Source: Candidatus Zixiibacteriota bacterium (lineage in GTDB: Bacteria > Zixibacteria > MSB-5A5 > GN15 > JACZUZ01). From it: a stretch of DNA of 64,000 nt. How positions within the stretch are numbered: position 1 is the first letter of the stretch; each line of letters starts with the position of its first letter. The stretch spans positions 83,730-147,729 of the forward strand of contig JAJRPJ010000008.1 in assembly GCA_024280835.1 (NCBI GenBank). Reading direction: 5' to 3'. The notes beneath the pieces are model-generated. The model was not told the origin of the DNA and searched no databases. It worked only from the letters and a program-made list of their open reading frames with translations. Below, one piece after another: positions 54,515-61,007 of the stretch. A program made the position numbers and the translations under genes.

Positions 54515-55456
54515 TTATTTCAATGTCTTCATATAGGCAACCAGTGCGTCAATATCTTTGTCGCTGAGTATTCCTTGGAAGGTTGGCATTACCGGCTGAA
54601 ACCCTTTGACAACCTTCGCATTGGGATTGAGAATTGACTCTCTGACATAATTTTCATCAACTGTAATTTTTTCACCTGAAGCCATCACTTCGGTACTACC
54701 GAAAGTACCTTGCCAAGTCGGACCGACACTTTTGCTACCATCGGTGCTATGGCAGGTATTGCAAGCGCGGCTGGTGAAGAGTTTTTTGCCCTTTTCGGCG
54801 GGAGGTGTGCCAGAATCATCACTTTGCTTCTCGAGCCACTTTTCATAATCAGTTTGCGAGACAACTTTAACCATCGCCAGCATATCCGAATGTGATTTGC
54901 CACAATACTCTGTGCAAAACACTTGGAATTCGCCCTCATACATCGCCTCAAACCAAATACTGGTATACCGATTTGGCAGAACGTCCATTTTTACACGAAA
55001 TGCTGGGACATAGAAACTATGTAGGACATCCAGTGAAGACATCAACAACTTAACAGGTTTATTGACTGGCACAACTAATTCACCACCCGTATTGAACCCT
55101 TCGGGATAGTCAAATATCCAAGCCCATTGGTAGCCAGTGACTTTTATTTCCAAAGCATCCTTGGGTATCACGTTCATTTTTAGATAGACCTGAAATCCCC
55201 AAGCGAACATGACCAGCACAATAAGCGTCGGAATAACTGACCAGGTCAGTTCGAGTCCAGTATGTCCGTGTGGTCCAGAGGTTAGTTGGTCACGTTTCCC
55301 TTTGCGGCGGTATTTGACAGCAAAATAAATTGTGCCAAAAGTGATAACAGCCAGAAAGAATATGCTAATCCAATATACAAAATAGAATAGCGCATCGACT
55401 TCACTAGCGATGGTCGAGGCCTGTTGCGGCATCCAAATTGTGGCGGTAGTATCCAT
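54515..55456 (-). CDS. ctaC: cytochrome c oxidase subunit II with a fused C-terminal cytochrome c (caa3 type)
   Basis: It has the CuA motif CTEYCGKSHSDM and the heme c motif CNTCHS near the C-terminus. Confidence 0.93.
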   Translation of the reverse strand: MDTTATIWMPQQASTIASEVDALFYFVYWISIFFLAVITFGTIYFAVKYRRKGKRDQLTSGPHGHTGLELTWSVIPTLIVLVMFAWGFQVYLKMNVIPKDALEIKVTGYQWAWIFDYPEGFNTGGELVVPVNKPVKLLMSSLDVLHSFYVPAFRVKMDVLPNRYTSIWFEAMYEGEFQVFCTEYCGKSHSDMLAMVKVVSQTDYEKWLEKQSDDSGTPPAEKGKKLFTSRACNTCHSTDGSKSVGPTWQGTFGSTEVMASGEKITVDENYVRESILNPNAKVVKGFQPVMPTFQGILSDKDIDALVAYMKTLK

Positions 55457-55485
55457 GAACTCCTAAAAACTATCTCTTAATATAT

Positions 55486-55588
55486 TTCTTTTCAAACGAC
55501 TTTTTTGAGCAAAATTTCAAACAGCATTTCAAACAATTTCTTCAAAAGACTTCTTCTACTGACTCTTCTAAGGACTCAATCTAACGAT
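55486..55588. repeat. degenerate 12-13-nt tandem array in the SCO1-ctaC spacer
   Basis: The units are TTTCAAACAGCA / TTTCAAACAATT / TCTTCAAAAGAC / TTCTTCTACTGAC / TCTTCTAAGGAC / TCAATCTAACGAT, preceded by two looser units. Confidence 0.7.
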
Positions 55589-55606
55589 TCACCCACCAAA
55601 TTATGC

Positions 55607-56515
55607 TTAACTAAGCGGAGCGATTGGTGTCCCTTTTGAACCAACATTCTCCGAATTTGATTGTTTGCTGCGCCTTCTGACCCACATGACCCCGAAGAAA
55701 AACGCAAAGGCCAAAACCATCATGACACCACCAAGTTTCATAACGTTAGTCGCAAACAATACATAGCCTTTTGAATCTGGGTCATAGTGAAAACAGTACA
55801 AAATCAATTTATCAACTGTTGTGCCATATTTTCCAGCAGAGGCCTCTAGAAGCGCCAAGCGCAGATTCTGGCGAGTATGATCAATGCCATACAAGTAACG
55901 AGAAACCATACCCTCTGGTGTCAGAATGATTGTCACCGCAGGATGCGCATATGTCTGGGTTGAACTGTCATAGCGATAGCCAAAACCAACAGCATCGGCA
56001 AGCGCCTGTGATTGATCAACTTCGGCAACCGCGAAAGTCCAACCCGCTGGATCAAATGGCTTCTGTGCGTTTTCCTCGAACTCTTTGAGGTAATTATTTT
56101 TCTTGGCCAAGGCCAACTCGGGAGTTTCTTTAGGATTAATACTAACTGTGAGCATATCAAACTCTGTAGCAGCATTCCATTTTAGCTGAGCCACTGAGCG
56201 ACTAAGACCATTGAAAACCAAATTGCAAAGCATTGGACATTCAAAATAGCCGAGTGTCAAAATTATTGGTTTCTCCTGATGGAGCATTGAACCAAGCGTA
56301 ACAGTGTCGCCAGCTTCATTGACAATTTTGATATCCTCGGGGACATATTCACCAAGATGCTCAATGACATCAATGCCACTCAATTCTTCTGGAGCCTCAG
56401 TGAGAGCTCTTTGTGCAAAGCTATTGGCGAAGAGCCCGCAAGTAGCAGCTATAAGTACCCCGAACGCTAGCGCTGTGTTCTGGATACTGCCTGATATGTT
56501 TTTTGAAATTTGCAT
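55607..56515 (-). CDS. SCO1/SenC copper chaperone
   Basis: It has a thioredoxin fold with the CxxxC copper site (GYFECPMLCN) and a downstream His (YAHPA). A C-terminal TM helix is present. Confidence 0.88.
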   Translation of the reverse strand: MQISKNISGSIQNTALAFGVLIAATCGLFANSFAQRALTEAPEELSGIDVIEHLGEYVPEDIKIVNEAGDTVTLGSMLHQEKPIILTLGYFECPMLCNLVFNGLSRSVAQLKWNAATEFDMLTVSINPKETPELALAKKNNYLKEFEENAQKPFDPAGWTFAVAEVDQSQALADAVGFGYRYDSSTQTYAHPAVTIILTPEGMVSRYLYGIDHTRQNLRLALLEASAGKYGTTVDKLILYCFHYDPDSKGYVLFATNVMKLGGVMMVLAFAFFFGVMWVRRRSKQSNSENVGSKGTPIAPLS

Positions 56516-56547
56516 AATCGCTTCTCGACTTCAACTATTATAGAGAC

Positions 56548-56898
56548 TTACTTAGAACTCTCTTGTTTTTCAAAAGATTCAACGGCCATAATACGCATCG
56601 CCCGATCAATCGGAATTCGGTAAGCTGCCTTGGAAGAATCTAGTAGCTTGTACGACTGCAAAGTGGCTGTATTTTTGTCACGCATCTCTTGTAGTGGAAC
56701 CGATGGCACACCCAAATCCATTTCGACTATCGTTTTTTCGCGAGCAAGCAAGAAATAGTCATTGAGACCAACGAGCGAAAGAACAAAAACAACCAAACCC
56801 AATATTCCAATGATAAATACTTTGGAGTTATTTGCTCCTTCATCTTCAAAGGCGACTTCTACGCCTTCATGGTGGGGAGGGATTTCAAATTCTGACAT
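56548..56898 (-). CDS. small single-TM protein of the ACIII/oxidase cluster (possible accessory subunit)
   Basis: 116-aa ORF with one TM (VFIIGILGLVVFVLSLVGL) and a C-terminal YRIPIDRAMRIM motif. It sits tightly between actF and SCO1. Confidence 0.5.
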   Translation of the reverse strand: MSEFEIPPHHEGVEVAFEDEGANNSKVFIIGILGLVVFVLSLVGLNDYFLLAREKTIVEMDLGVPSVPLQEMRDKNTATLQSYKLLDSSKAAYRIPIDRAMRIMAVESFEKQESSK

Positions 56899-56915
56899 TC
56901 TTAATTTGCCTTTCC

Positions 56916-58118
56916 TTACCCATTTGTGAAATTGAAGGACGCTTCGAGTTTCGGGTCATTAACTGGGACAGCTGGTTGTGAGGTGTAACGTTTCCAGAAC
57001 ATCCAAATAAACATACCGCCGATTCCTACCATGGTTGATAAGTCCATCCATGACAGTGAGAAACCGTGTGAAGGCTCTGCGCCGTGGGCGCCCATTGTCG
57101 GTAAAACTACCCAGTAAATATCTACCCAGTGAATAAATAGCATCCAGAATCCAGCAAAAGCCAGAACTTTTAGACTTCTCTTGGCCGCGCGTGTCAAGAG
57201 CAAAGCAAACGGAAGAAGGAAATGGCCACCGATTAACAACATGCTGACCCATTTCCATGAACCCGCCCAGCGCGTATGGAAGAACATCGTCTCTTCAGGG
57301 ATATTGCCATACCAAATCAGGAAGTACTGCGAGAACCCGATATAGGCCCAGAAGATTGTGAAGGCAAAAATTAGTTTTCCGAGATCATGGTAATGCTCGA
57401 CTGTGACTTTGTCAGCCAGTACACCTTTGCCACGCATATAGAGCAAAATAAGTGTGAAGAAAGCCAAAGACGCCAGCAATGCTCCAACGAAGATATAGAC
57501 ACCGAAGATGGTTGAATACCAATGCGGCGTTAGTGACATCAGCCAGTCAAATGCGGCATAGGTCAGAGTAAAACCAAAAAGAACCATACCAGGTGCGCTG
57601 ATTTGGCGCATCCTGACGGTCTGGCCTTTTTCATTTGAAGTATCCTGCTTGATAGAACGGCCATAGAGAGCGCGTGTCAAAAGGAACCAGACCAAGAAAT
57701 ATCCCGCTGTGCGAGCAAAGAAAAACATCGGATTTAGATACGGAGCTTTGCCTTGTAACAAATGATCTCCCGCTACGACATCAGCGAGAGACCATTCAAA
57801 TAGATCATGCATTCCAAAAACTATTGGCAGGAAGAAAATCGCCATCATCGGCAAAGTGACCATCGTCGTTTCCATGACCCGACGAATAGCAACACTCCAT
57901 TCAGCGTCAACCAGATGATGGATCAAAGTGAAGAACAACGCTCCGAGACCTAGTGTTACCCAAAACACAAAGGCTGTCAGATACGAATGAAAAAATTGAT
58001 CTTGATTCACAAAATATCCCGCCGCACTGGCTGCCAGTCCAATGGCTCCAATCATTAGCGCCCGCGAACCAAGAGTCCCACTGTCGGTGAACCTGAATGT
58101 CTTAGTGTCTATTCTCAT
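56916..58118 (-). CDS. actF: Alternative Complex III subunit ActF (polytopic membrane subunit)
   Basis: 400 aa with about 10 TM helices. It occupies the position after actE, as in known act operons. Confidence 0.72.
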   Translation of the reverse strand: MRIDTKTFRFTDSGTLGSRALMIGAIGLAASAAGYFVNQDQFFHSYLTAFVFWVTLGLGALFFTLIHHLVDAEWSVAIRRVMETTMVTLPMMAIFFLPIVFGMHDLFEWSLADVVAGDHLLQGKAPYLNPMFFFARTAGYFLVWFLLTRALYGRSIKQDTSNEKGQTVRMRQISAPGMVLFGFTLTYAAFDWLMSLTPHWYSTIFGVYIFVGALLASLAFFTLILLYMRGKGVLADKVTVEHYHDLGKLIFAFTIFWAYIGFSQYFLIWYGNIPEETMFFHTRWAGSWKWVSMLLIGGHFLLPFALLLTRAAKRSLKVLAFAGFWMLFIHWVDIYWVVLPTMGAHGAEPSHGFSLSWMDLSTMVGIGGMFIWMFWKRYTSQPAVPVNDPKLEASFNFTNG

Positions 58119-58149
58119 TATTCTGATGATCTAATATTTTTGTGCAATT

Positions 58150-58209
58150 GCTTGAAATGATAATATTTCAAATGATAATTTCTTAAATGACGATGTTTCA
58201 ATTGACAAT
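58150..58209. repeat. four tandem 15-nt units in the actE-actF spacer
   Basis: The units are GCTTGAAATGATAAT / ATTTCAAATGATAAT / TTCTTAAATGACGAT / GTTTCAATTGACAAT, head to tail. Confidence 0.85.
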
Positions 58210-58223
58210 CCACGTAAGAGCGA

Positions 58224-58925
58224 TTATTTGACGCCCTCTCTTAAGTTCTCTGGAATATCTTCAAGCGCCGCGTTTTGACTGCGCTGCAAAGCTCGCACAT
58301 AGCTCACAATCGCCCAACGATCAGCAACTGGAATCTGATGACGGTAACCTTTCATATTACGAATACCGTTGGTGATGACATTAAAGAAATGTCCATCAGG
58401 TAATTTCCGCAAACGGTCACTATGGTACTGAGTCGGTGGGAGCATACCCTTATCCGCTAAAAAGACCATACCCTTGCCATCGCCCATTGCTCCATGACAA
58501 GGCGCACAGAAAATTCCGTAACGCTCCTGACCACGATTAAGCAAGTCCATTGTAACTGGTAGAGGATTCTTGGCGATGAAATCTCCTGCGCCAGTCTTCC
58601 CAAGTTGGAAAGCAGAATCCGCCGCGCTGGCAATCAACGCTCCACGAGCAATTGTTCCCGCCACAGGCATGCGCATATTAGAACCGTTGTCGAAAAATGA
58701 GTTTTGACCTTGTGCTTTGTATTTTGGCTGACTGTCCATATTCGGGTTTACATGAATCGGAGGTTTATCCGACGGCACACCGCGCATGCAACCAGCCAAG
58801 ATTCCACTAAACAAAACTGTCAGTGTCATCACTCCAAAGACCAGCGCCTTCGAGGCTGCTTTGGAAGCTGTTTTTTTTGTATTAACTGTACTCATAGTAT
58901 TTTTTGTAGAAACAGGTGACACCAA
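58224..58925 (-). CDS. actE: Alternative Complex III subunit ActE (monoheme cytochrome c lipoprotein)
   Basis: It has a lipobox (SGILAGC) and a single CxxCH motif (CAPCHG). The start may be the internal Met at 58895. Confidence 0.75.
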   Translation of the reverse strand: MVSPVSTKNTMSTVNTKKTASKAASKALVFGVMTLTVLFSGILAGCMRGVPSDKPPIHVNPNMDSQPKYKAQGQNSFFDNGSNMRMPVAGTIARGALIASAADSAFQLGKTGAGDFIAKNPLPVTMDLLNRGQERYGIFCAPCHGAMGDGKGMVFLADKGMLPPTQYHSDRLRKLPDGHFFNVITNGIRNMKGYRHQIPVADRWAIVSYVRALQRSQNAALEDIPENLREGVK

Positions 58926-58952
58926 TCAAACTCAGATTGTTCAGTCAGGGAG

Positions 58953-59543
58953 TTATTCCACTTCCTCCTCAACTACTTCAACATTGGTCGCGCCCGCCGC
59001 TGTGAAAAAGCGTTTGACATCTTCGACGTTAAACTTAGAATCTTCAGATTCGATACCGACAAAGAAACCATCGTCAGTCGCTGCGCGGAATCTGTCAGAA
59101 TTAAAAATCGGATGATAAAGACTTGGCAAACGATTCAGAGCAAACATTCCAAAAACCGCGCCAAAAGCTGATAGCAAGACAGTCAACTCAAATATAATAG
59201 GCACAAAGGCCTCGAAACTAAAAAGTGGTTTGCCCGAGATAATCAGCGGATAATCAATAGCACTCATCCAGCCTTGCATAAGGACAGCGCCACTGCCGCC
59301 AATCAAAGCCATGACACCGACAATCCAACCCAACGGTGACTGTTTTTCTCCCATGGCCGCATCGAGTCCGTGGACTGGAAACGGCGAATAGCAATCAAAT
59401 TTCTTGTAGCCCGCTTTACGAACTTTCTCCGCGGCGCTCAAAAGCGCATCGACATTGGCGAACTCCGCCAAAACAATCGCGGGACGCATCTCAGGGCTGG
59501 CAGTAGAACTGCTTTGCATGGCGTTTACCTCTGCTGTACTCAT
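58953..59543 (-). CDS. actD: Alternative Complex III subunit ActD (DUF3341)
   Basis: 196 aa with a soluble N-terminal domain (LAEF....LL.AA..VR.AGY...D.YSPFPVHG) followed by two TM helices. It overlaps actC by 4 nt. Confidence 0.8.
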   Translation of the reverse strand: MSTAEVNAMQSSSTASPEMRPAIVLAEFANVDALLSAAEKVRKAGYKKFDCYSPFPVHGLDAAMGEKQSPLGWIVGVMALIGGSGAVLMQGWMSAIDYPLIISGKPLFSFEAFVPIIFELTVLLSAFGAVFGMFALNRLPSLYHPIFNSDRFRAATDDGFFVGIESEDSKFNVEDVKRFFTAAGATNVEVVEEEVE

Positions 59544-60967
59544 GAATTACCCGCCGTAACTTTTGCCATATGACTATCATCTCCACCGTGCCCATGATGT
59601 GTCGGTTTAGCCGCAGGCAGAACACCTTTGACTTCAGAAATCGCGACCATCGGCAAAAACCTGAGGAAAATCAAGAACAGTGTAAAGAACAAGCCGAACG
59701 TGCCAACATAAGTTAGCACATCCCAAACCGTTGGTGTGAAATATCCCCAGCTCGACGGCAAGAAGTCATTGGCCAGTGAACTGACAACAATCACAAAGCG
59801 CTCGAACCACATACCGATATTGATAAAGATTGTAATCACAAACATAATCGGGATGCTCCGACGCACTCTCTGAGACCAGAGGAATTGCGGTATAAAGACA
59901 TTGCAAGTAATCATAATCCAATACGCCCAAGCATATGGCCCAGTGGCACGGTTGATGAAAGCAAACTGTTCAAATTCATTGCCACTATACCAAGCGACAA
60001 AAAACTCGCAAGAATAAGCGTAGCCGACCATCAAACTAGTCGCCAACATAATTTTGTTCATCACATCGAGATGATTGATAGTAATGATATGTTCAAGGTG
60101 GTAGATTTTTCGTGCGACAATCGCCAGCGTCATCACCATGGCAAAACCACTGAAGATAGCGCCAGCGACAAAGTATGGCGGGAAGATGGTTGTATGCCAC
60201 CCAGGTAGCTGGGAGACCGCAAAGTCAAAACTAACGACACTATGTACTGAGAGAACCAGTGGTGTGGCTAAAGCAGCCAAAATCAAATATGCGCGTTCAT
60301 AATGTTTCCACTGTTTGTTGCTACCACGCCAGCCCAGAGCGAAAATACCCAGCATGACTTTACGGACTTTTGTAGTGGCGCGATCACGCAATGTCGCCAG
60401 ATCAGGAATCAAACCGACATACCAGAACAAGAGCGAAACAGTGAAGTATGTACTTACTGCAAAAACATCCCAAAGAAGTGGACTTCTGAAGTTTGGCCAC
60501 ATTCCCATTTGATTCGGGAATGGCATTGTCCAGTAGACAACCCAGACTCGACCAACGTGAATCATCGGAAACACCAAAGCGCAAATAATCGCGAAAATAG
60601 TCATCGCTTCGGCAAAACGGTTAATCGCTGTCCGCCAACGCTGACGGAATAAGAATAGAATCGCCGAAATCAAAGTTCCAGCATGGCCGATTCCGACCCA
60701 CCAAACAAAGTTAACAATCGCCCAACCCCAAGCCACAGGAACGTTCAATCCCCAAATTCCAGTGCCTTCCCAGAAGAGGTACCCAACCGAGCCACCGAGA
60801 ACGGCTGCTAGTGAGGCGAAGAAACCGACAAGCAAAAACCACATCACTGGGGCCTTCGTTTCGGTAATGACGCCCACAGACTCTGTGATATCACCGAAAG
60901 TCGGATCACCGAGCACTAGTGGCGCGTCGATAGGGACGTTTTTTTGGTCAGCGTAGGCAGAACTCAT
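59540..60967 (-). CDS. actC: Alternative Complex III subunit ActC (NrfD/PsrC-like quinol-interacting membrane subunit)
   Basis: 475 aa with about 10 TM helices and an NrfD-family pattern. It lies directly after actB. Confidence 0.88.
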   Translation of the reverse strand: MSSAYADQKNVPIDAPLVLGDPTFGDITESVGVITETKAPVMWFLLVGFFASLAAVLGGSVGYLFWEGTGIWGLNVPVAWGWAIVNFVWWVGIGHAGTLISAILFLFRQRWRTAINRFAEAMTIFAIICALVFPMIHVGRVWVVYWTMPFPNQMGMWPNFRSPLLWDVFAVSTYFTVSLLFWYVGLIPDLATLRDRATTKVRKVMLGIFALGWRGSNKQWKHYERAYLILAALATPLVLSVHSVVSFDFAVSQLPGWHTTIFPPYFVAGAIFSGFAMVMTLAIVARKIYHLEHIITINHLDVMNKIMLATSLMVGYAYSCEFFVAWYSGNEFEQFAFINRATGPYAWAYWIMITCNVFIPQFLWSQRVRRSIPIMFVITIFINIGMWFERFVIVVSSLANDFLPSSWGYFTPTVWDVLTYVGTFGLFFTLFLIFLRFLPMVAISEVKGVLPAAKPTHHGHGGDDSHMAKVTAGNS

Positions 60968-61007
60968 ATTGTCATTTATCTAGTAAGCTATTAACGATTG
61001 ACTTGGT

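Noticed and set aside
58150-58209. Tandem repeat arrays (also at 42816, 51416, 55486, 33122 and 15250) as CRISPR arrays
   Set aside because: The units are 11-17 nt and directly abutting, with no unique spacers. Copy numbers are 2-8, and no cas genes are nearby.
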